This document shows, one piece after another, positions 10,159-19,508 of a DNA stretch of 64,000 nt. Origin of the DNA: an uncultured Oscillospiraceae bacterium (lineage in GTDB: Bacteria > Bacillota > Clostridia > Oscillospirales > Acutalibacteraceae); contig CATXDC010000004.1 in NCBI GenBank assembly GCA_958366985.1, positions 118,187 through 182,186 of the forward strand, read 5' to 3'. The notes beneath the pieces were generated by a model that saw nothing but the letters and a program-made list of their open reading frames with translations, had not been told where the DNA came from and did not search any database. Position 1 is the first letter of the stretch; each line of letters opens with the position of its first letter. Position numbers and translations under genes: made by a program.

Positions 10159-10620
10159 ATGAGTAATACGTTCAAAGCAGAACTTACCAATATGGTTATG
10201 GTTTACGATAAAAATACAAACCGTGCCGTTGTGCAGAACAGAATAAAATACTGCACAGGAATCTCCTTCCCCGGCGGTCATGTTGAAAAGGGAGAAAGCT
10301 TTGTCGATTCCGCCAAAAGAGAAGTTTTTGAAGAGACGGGACTCAAAATTGATAATCTAAAACTTTGCGGCATTGCCCAGTGGTGTCACAAGAAAAAAGG
10401 CAACCGATATATCATAATGCTCTATAAAACCGATACTTACAGCGGTGAGCTTATAGAAGAAACAGAGGAAGGCAAAGTTTTCTGGGCAGATATAGATAAA
10501 ATACAGAAAATGGAGCTTGCGCCGGATTTTGAGGATTTTCTCAAAATCTTTCTAAGCGAAAAAAATCAGGAATTTTTTGTCACGTATGACAAGAAGAATA
10601 CTGAAACAAAAATACTGTAA
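10159..10620 (+). CDS. Nudix hydrolase (MutT-like), copy 2
   Basis: Same Nudix box; start set at ATG 10159 (MSNTFKAEL) after the gaggtg RBS; the ORF track starts at 10144. Confidence 0.85.
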   Translation: MSNTFKAELTNMVMVYDKNTNRAVVQNRIKYCTGISFPGGHVEKGESFVDSAKREVFEETGLKIDNLKLCGIAQWCHKKKGNRYIIMLYKTDTYSGELIEETEEGKVFWADIDKIQKMELAPDFEDFLKIFLSEKNQEFFVTYDKKNTETKIL

Positions 10621-10689
10621 GTAATCCTCACTTTTTAACAAAACACACTACCACATTAATAAAATTCATCTTATTTGAGGTGTGAAAGT

Positions 10690-11151
10690 ATGAGCAATAC
10701 ATTCAAATCAGAATTTACCAACATGGTAATGGTTTACGATAAAAATACAAACCGTGCCGTTGTGCAGCAGAGGACAAAATACTGGAAAGGTATAAGTTTT
10801 CCCGGCGGACATGTTGAAAAAGGAGAAAGCTTTATTGATTCTGCAAAGAGAGAAGTTTTTGAAGAAACAGGACTTAAAATCGATAATCTAAAACTTTGTG
10901 GCATTGCCCAGTGGTGTCACAAGAAAAAAGGAAACAGATATATCGTAATGCTCTATAAAACCGATACTTACAGCGGTGAGCTTATAGAAGAAACTAGGGA
11001 AGGCAAAGTTTTCTGGGCAGATATAGATGAAATACCGAAAATGGAGCTTCCGCCTTATTTTGATGGTCACCTCGAAGTCTTTCTCGATGATGAAAAACAA
11101 GAATTTTTCGGCCTCCACGACAAAAAGAGCAAGGATATTTCAATTCTTTAA
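10690..11151 (+). CDS. Nudix hydrolase (MutT-like), copy 3
   Basis: Same Nudix box; start at ATG 10690 (MSNTFKSEF); about 531-bp repeat period including a conserved intergenic spacer. Confidence 0.85.
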   Translation: MSNTFKSEFTNMVMVYDKNTNRAVVQQRTKYWKGISFPGGHVEKGESFIDSAKREVFEETGLKIDNLKLCGIAQWCHKKKGNRYIVMLYKTDTYSGELIEETREGKVFWADIDEIPKMELPPYFDGHLEVFLDDEKQEFFGLHDKKSKDISIL

Positions 11152-11184
11152 TCAACATAAAATCAATTACCGAAAGGCGTTAAA

Positions 11185-12150
11185 ATGAAAATAGGAAATC
11201 TTGAAATAACAAAATATGCAGCTCTTGCTCCCATGGCGGGAGTTGCGGATAGAGCTTTCCGTGAACTGTGTGCTTCTTACGGAGCAGCTTTCACAGTCAG
11301 TGAAATGGTGAGTTCAAAAGGCATAACAATGGGCGATAAAAAATCGGGAGAGCTTATGTTTCTCTCAGATATCGAGCGTCCTTCAGCTGTACAGCTTTTC
11401 GGCTGTGAGCCGGAAACAATGGCAAAAGCGGCAATTGAGGCTCTTAAATACAGTCCCGATTTTATAGATATAAACATGGGATGTCCCGCCCCGAAAGTTG
11501 CTTCAACAGGCTCAGGATCAGCACTTATGAAAAATCCCCGTCTTGCGGAAGATGTGGTAAGAGCAGTTGTAAACGCCGTTGAGATACCGGTAACAGTAAA
11601 AATACGTGCCGGTTGGGATAAGGAAAACATAAACGCCTGCGAGGTTGCAAAAAGATGCGAAAACGCCGGAGCTGCCGCTATAACCGTTCACGGCAGAACA
11701 AGGGAACAGATGTACTCCCCTCCAGTTGACATTGACATAATAAGGCAGGTAAAGGAAAGCGTATCGGTTCCCGTAATAGGAAACGGGGACATTGAAGACG
11801 GAATTTCCGCTGCAAAAATGCTTGAGGAGACCGGCTGCGATATGCTCATGGTCGGCAGAGGAGCTTTGGGAAGACCTTGGGTATTTTATCAGATAAACTC
11901 ATATCTCAAAGACGGAGCAGTGCTCCCTGAGCCTCCTGTTTCGGAGAGAATGAGGGTAATGCTTAAACACGTTGAAACAATCTGCAAATACAAAGGCGAC
12001 TATATCGGAATGAGAGAGGCGAGAAAGCACGCCGCATGGTATACAAAGGGACTCAGAGGAGCGGCGCAGAAACGCCGTGAAATCGGCGAGCTTTCATCTA
12101 TGGAACAGCTTTATTCCCTTGCCATGGATATAGTCCGTGAAAATTCATAA
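11185..12150 (+). CDS. dusB: tRNA-dihydrouridine synthase
   Basis: Dus family TIM-barrel flavoenzyme; N-terminus ...LAPMAGVADRAFRELC and catalytic Cys region (NMGCPAPKV). Confidence 0.85.
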   Translation: MKIGNLEITKYAALAPMAGVADRAFRELCASYGAAFTVSEMVSSKGITMGDKKSGELMFLSDIERPSAVQLFGCEPETMAKAAIEALKYSPDFIDINMGCPAPKVASTGSGSALMKNPRLAEDVVRAVVNAVEIPVTVKIRAGWDKENINACEVAKRCENAGAAAITVHGRTREQMYSPPVDIDIIRQVKESVSVPVIGNGDIEDGISAAKMLEETGCDMLMVGRGALGRPWVFYQINSYLKDGAVLPEPPVSERMRVMLKHVETICKYKGDYIGMREARKHAAWYTKGLRGAAQKRREIGELSSMEQLYSLAMDIVRENS

Positions 12151-12162
12151 AAAGCTCAATAA

Positions 12163-12200
12163 CGGTAAAACCGGAGGATTTTTAGTTATCCTCCGGTTTT
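12163..12200. terminator. bidirectional rho-independent terminator between dusB(+) and the LysR gene(-)
   Basis: aaaaccggaggatttttagttatcctccggtttttt; perfect stem flanked by A and T runs. Confidence 0.65.
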
Positions 12201-13084
12201 TTGTTTTCTATTTTCTTTTTCAGCATGGAGAGAAACTTTTCTTCCGCTTTTGAAAACTCACGGTATTTTTTCCAGACAATATCCAAATGGGCTTCCAGCT
12301 GCGGATAGAGCGGTTTGAAACACAAATTGCTGTCCCTGGACGTATTAACCAGCTTATCAAGGCACAGGGCATATCCGAAGCCCTCATCTACCATAAGTGA
12401 TGCATTATAAACAAGATTATAAGTAGCTACTATATTAAGCTTATCAAAATCTCCGCCAATCCAGCCTGATATTTCATTGTGCACCAGTGTCTGACGTGAA
12501 GTAATAAGCGGAATCTCTTCTAAATCTTTCGGAGTAATCTTTTCCTTCTTCGCAAGAGGACTGTCCTTTCTCATAAGGAGCCCCCAGCGATCCGTTGCCG
12601 GAATCTGAATATAGTTATACTTCTTAATATCGGCAGGCTCAATGAGTATTCCGAAATCGATGAGACCGTTATCAAGTTTTTCCGTTACATCATCGGCATT
12701 TCCGCTGAACAGATGATAGCGTATACCAGGATAATCTCTTTTAAGCTCCTGCGCTGTTTTTGCAATAAGACGCATAGCGTCGGTTTCTCCTCCGCCGATA
12801 TAAATCTCACCGCTTATTGAATCCGATGATGCAAACTCACTTTCCGTTTTATCTATAAGAGTTATAATTTCTTCCGCTCTCTTACGAAGAAGCATTCCGT
12901 CCTGAGTGAGAGTAATTTTATGGTTTCTTGTTCCACGGTTAAAAAGCCTGCATCCGAGCTGCTGCTCAAGGTCCATTATCTGACGGGAAAGGGTCGGCTG
13001 GGTAATATGCAGAATCTCAGCCGCTTTGGAAATACTCTCTTCCCTTGCAACGGCGAGAAAATATTTTAACACACGAACTTCCAT
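12182..13084 (-). CDS. LysR-family transcriptional regulator
   Basis: N-terminal wHTH (ISKAAEILHITQPTLSRQIMDLE) plus a C-terminal substrate-binding domain; divergent from the downstream operon. Confidence 0.85.
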   Translation of the reverse strand: MEVRVLKYFLAVAREESISKAAEILHITQPTLSRQIMDLEQQLGCRLFNRGTRNHKITLTQDGMLLRKRAEEIITLIDKTESEFASSDSISGEIYIGGGETDAMRLIAKTAQELKRDYPGIRYHLFSGNADDVTEKLDNGLIDFGILIEPADIKKYNYIQIPATDRWGLLMRKDSPLAKKEKITPKDLEEIPLITSRQTLVHNEISGWIGGDFDKLNIVATYNLVYNASLMVDEGFGYALCLDKLVNTSRDSNLCFKPLYPQLEAHLDIVWKKYREFSKAEEKFLSMLKKKIENKKPEDN

Positions 13085-13132
13085 ATTTTTCCGCTCCTTT
13101 GTTTTTCACAATATAAAGTATAGTGTGAAATT

Positions 13133-13151
13133 ATATGCTCGTCAAGCATAT
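13133..13151. promoter_or_regulatory. perfect palindrome ATATGCT-N5-AGCATAT in the LysR/acetyltransferase divergent region; candidate LTTR operator
   Basis: atatgctcgtcaagcatat read directly from the sequence; positioned between the divergent genes as expected for an LTTR binding site. Confidence 0.35.
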
Positions 13152-13242
13152 AATCGTATTTGATATAGGTATTTGATGCTTTCAGAAAACTATTTTATAC
13201 TATAAGCAGAAGAGTAATAACCTTAAAAAAGGAGCTGATACA

Positions 13243-13836
13243 ATGGATTTAAAAGAATTTTTAGAACACTTAAACAGCGGGAAAACTGTATTAAGCGGTT
13301 CCGAGGTTCATGAGTTTATGCATAAAGTGAGCAGTGAAGCAATGCGTATTACAGCAGAGCTTAACTGCGGATACCATGAACCGGAAGAAATAAACGAACT
13401 TTTCTCAAAGCTTATCGGAAAAGAAGTTGATCCTTCTTTCAGGATGTTCCCTCCTTTTTATTCTGACTGCGGCAAAAATATAAATGTCGGGAAAAACGTA
13501 TTTATTAACTCCGGATGCCGTTTTCAGGATCAGGGCGGAATTACTATCGGTGACGGAGCACTCATAGGACACAATGTTGTACTTGCTACTTTAAACCATG
13601 ATTTTGCGCCGGAAAACCGTGGCACAATGCATCCTGCCCCCATAACAATAGGTAAAAATGTCTGGATAGGAGCAAACGCTACTGTTGTCCCCGGAGTAAC
13701 AATAGGCGACGGAGCCATTATTGCCGCCGGAGCAGTTGTGACAAAGGATGTGCCGAAAAACGTTATTGTAGGCGGTGTTCCTGCAAAAATTATAAAAGCA
13801 CTGGATACAGACAGCGAAAACGCTGCAAAACAATAA
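13243..13836 (+). CDS. hexapeptide-repeat O-acetyltransferase (maltose/galactoside acetyltransferase family)
   Basis: Left-handed beta-helix hexapeptide repeats ([43 protein letters not shown]) and an N-terminal Mac-like domain. Confidence 0.8.
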   Translation: MDLKEFLEHLNSGKTVLSGSEVHEFMHKVSSEAMRITAELNCGYHEPEEINELFSKLIGKEVDPSFRMFPPFYSDCGKNINVGKNVFINSGCRFQDQGGITIGDGALIGHNVVLATLNHDFAPENRGTMHPAPITIGKNVWIGANATVVPGVTIGDGAIIAAGAVVTKDVPKNVIVGGVPAKIIKALDTDSENAAKQ

Positions 13837-13854
13837 GACAAGGAGGACTTTAAA

Positions 13855-14826
13855 ATGGAAGAAAAATTAACTTTGACAAATGAATGGGATAAAACCTTTC
13901 CCAAAAGCCAAAAGGTAGACCACTGCAAAATAACATTTCACAACCGCTATGGAATTACACTTGCAGCAGATATGTACACTCCGAAAGACGTAAAGGGCAA
14001 GATGCCGGCAATTGCAGTGAGCGGACCTTTCGGAGCGGTAAAAGAACAGTCCTCTGGACTTTACGCACAGACAATGGCTGAAAGAGGATTTTTGACAATT
14101 GCATTTGACCCCTCCTTTACGGGAGAAAGCGGAGGAATGCCGAGATATGTAGCTTCACCTGACATCAATACTGAGGATTTTCAGGCAGCCGTTGATTTTC
14201 TTTCCGTTCAGGAAAATGTTGACCCTGAGAAAATAGGAATTATAGGAATATGCGGCTGGGGCGGAATGGCACTTAATACAGCGGCAATTGATACACGCAT
14301 TAAAGCCACCGTAGCAGTTACCATGTACGACATGACGAGAGTAAATGCAAAGGGATATTTTGACAGTGAAGACAGCGAAGAAGCACGTCATGAAAAAAGA
14401 GTTGCATTAAATAACCAGAGAACAATAGACTACAAAAACGGCAGCTATGAAAGAGCCGGAGGAGTAATTGATCCACTTCCCGATGACGCACCGTTTTTCG
14501 TAAAAGATTATTATGATTACTACAAAACAAGCCGTGGATATCATAAGAGATCTTTAAATTCAAACGACGGCTGGAATATAACCTCTACCATTTCATTTTT
14601 AAATATGCCTATTTTAAGTTACAGCGATGAAATCCGCAGCGCTGTACTGCTTGTACACGGAGAAAAAGCTCATTCCTGCTATTTCAGCAAAGATGCTTTT
14701 GCAAAGCTTACAGGCGATAACAAAGAGCTGATGATTATCCCAGGAGCAGTTCACACTGATCTTTATGACAGAACCGACATTATCCCATTTGATAAAATAA
14801 CAGAATTTTTAAGGAAATATCTATAA
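13855..14826 (+). CDS. alpha/beta-fold hydrolase (Cys-nucleophile elbow, dienelactone-hydrolase-like)
   Basis: Nucleophile elbow GICGWGG, with Asp/His placed later in the sequence consistent with an alpha/beta hydrolase triad. Confidence 0.55.
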   Translation: MEEKLTLTNEWDKTFPKSQKVDHCKITFHNRYGITLAADMYTPKDVKGKMPAIAVSGPFGAVKEQSSGLYAQTMAERGFLTIAFDPSFTGESGGMPRYVASPDINTEDFQAAVDFLSVQENVDPEKIGIIGICGWGGMALNTAAIDTRIKATVAVTMYDMTRVNAKGYFDSEDSEEARHEKRVALNNQRTIDYKNGSYERAGGVIDPLPDDAPFFVKDYYDYYKTSRGYHKRSLNSNDGWNITSTISFLNMPILSYSDEIRSAVLLVHGEKAHSCYFSKDAFAKLTGDNKELMIIPGAVHTDLYDRTDIIPFDKITEFLRKYL

Positions 14827-15335
14827 TGAAAAAGATACTGTTTATTCTCACTGTCATAATCTTATTTATGACGGGCTGCACATCTAAGCCGGAGATAAAA
14901 GAAACTCAGGAGCCCCAGTCCCAGTATGAAATTTTATCAGATGAGGATATTTCAAATTATATGAATGAAAATAACGAAAACTTAAATCTTACTTTATCAG
15001 TTGACGGAACACCGTTAAGTGTAAAATGGGAAAATAACGAATCTGTATCTGCACTAAAAAAATTAGCCTCAGAAAAAGATTTAACCATTAAAGCTCATCA
15101 GTACGGCGGCTTTGAACAGGTCGGCAGTTTGCCTCAAAGAATAGAAAGCAATGATGTCCACATGACCGCCCAGCCCGGCGACATAATGCTTTATTCGAGT
15201 AATTCCGTTGTACTTTACTACGGAACAAACACATGGTCTTACACAAAACTCGGCCATATTGAAAATCTTTCCGAAGCTGAACTTAAAAAGCTCTTAAGCA
15301 GTGAAACAGTTACATTAACCTTTTCCCTTTCGTAA
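14826..15335 (+). CDS. lipoprotein with cyclophilin-like/DUF domain
   Basis: Signal peptide with lipobox LFMTGC; start overlaps the preceding stop (TAATG), indicating translational coupling. Confidence 0.6.
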   Translation: MKKILFILTVIILFMTGCTSKPEIKETQEPQSQYEILSDEDISNYMNENNENLNLTLSVDGTPLSVKWENNESVSALKKLASEKDLTIKAHQYGGFEQVGSLPQRIESNDVHMTAQPGDIMLYSSNSVVLYYGTNTWSYTKLGHIENLSEAELKKLLSSETVTLTFSLS

Positions 15336-15344
15336 AACTGAGAA

Positions 15345-15381
15345 AAGCTGCCACAGAAATGCGGCAGCTTTTTTGTTTTCT
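15345..15381 (+). terminator. rho-independent terminator after the lipoprotein gene
   Basis: aaagctgccacagaaatgcggcagctttttt. Confidence 0.65.
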
Positions 15382-15464
15382 AATTATATTTCGTATATGT
15401 GCAACCGTTACATAATACGATAATGTAACACAGCTATACGGCACAGCATAGAAACTTAAAATTT

Positions 15465-16799
15465 CTAAATAAGCATTTTGAATTTCTTTCTCTTTCTGAG
15501 ATATATGATAATAAGCGGTATATCTGCAAGAACCCAAGCAAAAGGTCCGGCAAAACATAATGCGGTAAAACCGAAATAAGAAGTCAGAACATATGCAACA
15601 AACATTCTGCCAAACAGTTCTCCGATTCCCGCAATCATATTTGCGTAAGTAAAGCCGAGTCCCTGCAAGGTGTTTCTGAATACAAAAAGCAGTGACACAA
15701 AAACATAGCATCCGCCTATTGTATACAGATACTGATTAGCATATGAAAAAATCTGTGGGTCACTGTCTGTAATGAACCATCCAACCACAAGGGGGCCTGC
15801 AGCAACCAGAACGATGCTGCAAAATACCGACAAGATAACATCAAGAACAAAAATTTTATTAACTGAATCGAGTATCCTTTTATAGTTTCCGGCTCCGTAA
15901 TTCTGAGAAACAAATGTTGCATTTGCAACGCCCAAGCTGCTCATAGGTACATTCATAATCTGCTCAACCCTGCCTGCGGCGGTAATGGCTGCAATAGCAG
16001 ATGAACCGAAAGAGTTAATTGATGTCTGCAAAATCATGGAACCCACAGAAGTAATTGTAAACTGAAGTGAAACAGGTATACCTAATTTTAACTGCTCAGC
16101 GCTTATTTTCCAATTAGGCTTCAAACTTTTAAAGTTCAAATCAATTATATAGAAATTTCTCACAACATACCAAGCTGTAAAAGCACATGCAATACCATTT
16201 GCAAGAACAGTTGCTATAGCTGCTCCCTGAACACCCATTCCGAAAGTTTTTACAAAAAGTATATCCAAAACAAGATTGAAGAAAACACTGACAATAAGAA
16301 AATACAGCGGCCTTTTACTGTCCCCCAAAGCTCTTGCAATGCCTACAAAATTATTGAACAGCATCTGTATCGGAACACCTAAATAGAGGATATTTATGTA
16401 TGACGAAGAAAGCTCAAATATATTGTCAGGAGTATTTATTAAACGGAGAATGGGATTGGAAATCAAGTGCGCAATAATAACTATTGCAACTCCTATTATA
16501 AAAGACAGCGATATGCTGTTGGCAACATAAGCATTCATCTTTTTAAAATCCTCAGCTCCGAATTTCTGAGCAACGGGAATCACAAAACCGCCTGTAAGAC
16601 CAAGGGCTGTTCCCACAATGAAGCTGTTTATGGGTCCAACATTGCCGACTGCAGCAAGGGCTTCAGTACTGACAAATCTGCCTACTATGATATTATCAAC
16701 AAAATTATATGAAAACTGCAAAAGAGAACTAATAGCAATGGGAAGTGCAAAATACACTACTGATTTGACAGTTTCTCCCGTCAGCAAATCATTTTTCAC
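15465..16799 (-). CDS. MATE-family multidrug/oligosaccharidyl-lipid efflux transporter
   Basis: 444 aa with 12 predicted TM helices in two 6-TM halves; typical MATE length and composition. Confidence 0.75.
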   Translation of the reverse strand: MKNDLLTGETVKSVVYFALPIAISSLLQFSYNFVDNIIVGRFVSTEALAAVGNVGPINSFIVGTALGLTGGFVIPVAQKFGAEDFKKMNAYVANSISLSFIIGVAIVIIAHLISNPILRLINTPDNIFELSSSYINILYLGVPIQMLFNNFVGIARALGDSKRPLYFLIVSVFFNLVLDILFVKTFGMGVQGAAIATVLANGIACAFTAWYVVRNFYIIDLNFKSLKPNWKISAEQLKLGIPVSLQFTITSVGSMILQTSINSFGSSAIAAITAAGRVEQIMNVPMSSLGVANATFVSQNYGAGNYKRILDSVNKIFVLDVILSVFCSIVLVAAGPLVVGWFITDSDPQIFSYANQYLYTIGGCYVFVSLLFVFRNTLQGLGFTYANMIAGIGELFGRMFVAYVLTSYFGFTALCFAGPFAWVLADIPLIIIYLRKRKKFKMLI

Positions 16800-17062
16800 C
16801 GCACACCACCTCCGCTATTTTTAACAGTATACTGCCGCTGATAAAAAAATCAATAGTTATATTGAAATTTATGAACATTTATCCAAATAATAATTTTAGC
16901 TTTTACGCACCGGTCACAGATGGCTGTTGTTTCCCTTATATTTAGATAAATAAAAAACATCGGCGACAGCATTTTCTGCTGCCGCCATTTTTATATCTGC
17001 ACCCTTAAAACTGTAAAACGAGTATTAGTTGTTCATATCTGAGTTGACAGCAAGGTAAAATT

Positions 17063-19396
17063 TTACACCGCAGCAACTGTATATTTTTCGCCGGTCTTGC
17101 AGGCAAAGGTTATTATGCCCGAAGCGTAATTTGAGATTTTCTCGGTAAACTTAATCTCTCTGTTTTCGCTGTCGGTAATTTTTACCTTTCCAATATTATT
17201 GACCAAAGAGATTTTATCCTGCTTTTCGCTTGTAATTTCAATTCTTGAAACTTTCTTATTCTCTCCGTCATACCATGCTGACACTACATAAGCGCCTCTT
17301 GCACGAAGATTTACAAAATTAGCAGTCTGCTTACTCAGCCAGTTTGGAAATACCTTTATTGTTTCAACATTGCTCTGAATAAGCATACTGTTTATAAATT
17401 CAATTCCACCGGATTTTTCAACTCCGTGTACATCTCCGTCATCGACCGTATAGTTATACCTGAAATCATGCCTATACAGATTTAAAAACTCCTGTAAAAC
17501 CATTTCCGGATTACAGCCGCATCTGATAGCATGGACGAATATTTTAGGCAGATTATTAATCTGACGGAATATCTCCTTATTGTTAAGCTTATTTACCGTT
17601 ATAAGATTTCTGCATGCTGACATAAGCTTTTTATCGCTGCTGAAATCAAGCTCATCGCAGGGCTGAATAAATTCGAGAGCTACCGTTGCTCCCGTACCCA
17701 CATTCATTCCGATTTCACCCAAAGGCACAACATCATAAATCTGTTTTTTAAAGCCTTTTCTGTAAGTGTAGCGGCGTATAGGGTATTCAGCAATATTATC
17801 GAGAAAATCACGCCAGACATTTACTGTTTCGCTATCAACCTCTAAATATCCCCTATAAACTCCGTCCAGAACGCATTTGAGAATATTCTTTACACAGCCC
17901 AGTACCATGGGAGAATTCATTTCAAAAGTTTCCTCATGGGCTCCTGACCATAGGTTATAACGGTATTTTCCGTCACCTAACTCCTCTTTTTCCCTCCAGC
18001 CTATGTAAAAGTTTATATTAAGCCTTAAAAATTCATATATATCACGAAGAAAATCTCCGTCAAGGGTATAAAAATAATATGACGTCAGACACATTGCGGA
18101 AAATGCAGCGTCCATTATCTGACTTAGATAGCCGCCGTTTTCGCTCCACGCCGTAGTCCCGTATGGTCCTAAAGCAACCGGATAAAGTATTGCATCATCT
18201 ATTCCATCTTCAAGATCTTTTCTGCCGGGGAAGTGCACTCCTTTTACCTTTCCACCTAAAATGTATTGCTTGCAGATCTTAGGCAAATCCTCTTTTGCTC
18301 TGCGTTTTCCCTCTTCAATGTAAGGGAGAAGCACATCTTTAACAGGCAGACTAAATTCACATCTGTTTGCTGAGTTCATTCCGTAAAAAGGCGCTATAAG
18401 ATTATAATTCAGATGATAGTCTCCCTGCCATTTGGGGTTATCTGTTGTTATTAGATTTCCATAAAGACCAGTAGCAAGCTTGTTCTCTCTGCTTGATATG
18501 GCTGTTATATAAAGAGAACCGTAATAGTATTTTTCCAGTTCCTCTATTCCTAAATCCACATAGGATCTGAGCCAGTATTCTTTCCACCAACTGCGAGTAT
18601 TTTCAATGTCGTTATCCAAAGACTGCACAGTAATATTGCAGGCCATTTCGGAAATTTCTCTGTACGGCAAATCTGAATTCCAGCCATTTTCATAAGTCAA
18701 CGTCTTTCCGCCTCCGCCGATGCATACGGCAAGCTTTGTATGCTCACCTTTTTTAAGTTCAAGACGGTATTTTACGCTGCTGTCGGTGTTTTCAGAAAAG
18801 CTCATATCACCGTTTATACAGAAAATACCTATTGCCACTGCGGAAATCCACGATTTTTTATCTTCACGTGCAAAATTAGCACTCTGACGCTCAACGTACC
18901 AGCTTCCTGCCTTTTCATAGGTTTTAGTCCTGTACTCTGCTATATCTGACTTTACATAACTTTCAACTATGACAGATTTGTCGCATTCTGAAATAATATC
19001 AATAACAAGCATATTTTTTTCTGCTATTACGTCGGCTTTGAATGTAACAGAACCCTGAACACTGGTTAGCTCTCCAGTAGATAAATCGAGAGTTTCCGAT
19101 TCGCACTGTGCACCAAGCTCTTTGATTTTCAAACCGCCTATAGTTATAATAGTCACCTTTTTAGGGTTAACTCCCATAGGATCATCCGTATGTAAATTGC
19201 CGCAGGACCAGAAGTCTCCCTTTGAAATCAGGTATTCCTTACTGTTTCCGTCACCGTTTGAAACTACACCCATGTCCCCGTTACCCAAAAGGAATGTTCG
19301 GGGCATAGCTGTGGTAATCGCTTTCTTATAATCGGGAGATAAAACCGTATTGCTGTACTTCTTCAGTTTCTCTGATAAAAATTTCCAACTGTCCAT
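17063..19396 (-). CDS. large putative glycoside hydrolase (six-hairpin/GH95-like catalytic region); function uncertain
   Basis: Soluble protein of about 778 aa; segment GDYHLNYNLIAPFYGMNSANRCE resembles the GH95/GH65-type catalytic region; start set at ATG 19396 (MDSWKF) after a GGAGGG RBS. Confidence 0.35.
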   Translation of the reverse strand: MDSWKFLSEKLKKYSNTVLSPDYKKAITTAMPRTFLLGNGDMGVVSNGDGNSKEYLISKGDFWSCGNLHTDDPMGVNPKKVTIITIGGLKIKELGAQCESETLDLSTGELTSVQGSVTFKADVIAEKNMLVIDIISECDKSVIVESYVKSDIAEYRTKTYEKAGSWYVERQSANFAREDKKSWISAVAIGIFCINGDMSFSENTDSSVKYRLELKKGEHTKLAVCIGGGGKTLTYENGWNSDLPYREISEMACNITVQSLDNDIENTRSWWKEYWLRSYVDLGIEELEKYYYGSLYITAISSRENKLATGLYGNLITTDNPKWQGDYHLNYNLIAPFYGMNSANRCEFSLPVKDVLLPYIEEGKRRAKEDLPKICKQYILGGKVKGVHFPGRKDLEDGIDDAILYPVALGPYGTTAWSENGGYLSQIMDAAFSAMCLTSYYFYTLDGDFLRDIYEFLRLNINFYIGWREKEELGDGKYRYNLWSGAHEETFEMNSPMVLGCVKNILKCVLDGVYRGYLEVDSETVNVWRDFLDNIAEYPIRRYTYRKGFKKQIYDVVPLGEIGMNVGTGATVALEFIQPCDELDFSSDKKLMSACRNLITVNKLNNKEIFRQINNLPKIFVHAIRCGCNPEMVLQEFLNLYRHDFRYNYTVDDGDVHGVEKSGGIEFINSMLIQSNVETIKVFPNWLSKQTANFVNLRARGAYVVSAWYDGENKKVSRIEITSEKQDKISLVNNIGKVKITDSENREIKFTEKISNYASGIITFACKTGEKYTVAAV

Positions 19397-19508
19397 TATT
19401 AAATCCCTCCAACAGCGTTTTTTCAGCATAAAATTTTAAGTTTTACAGAAAAATCAGAGTCAAAACCGACTCTGATTTTTAGAAATGTAAAATTAACCGT
19501 TTGCTAAA

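Noticed and set aside
9626-11151. Possibility that the three Nudix copies are an assembly duplication artefact
   Set aside because: The copies differ at about 15-20% of residues, including the spacer regions, so they are genuine diverged paralogs rather than collapsed or duplicated reads. Copy number should still be verified with long reads.
13530-13928. 132-aa and 80-aa antisense ORFs inside the hexapeptide acetyltransferase gene
   Set aside because: Antisense to a clearly assigned gene; typical artefact of reading Gly/Ile/Val-rich hexapeptide repeats in reverse.
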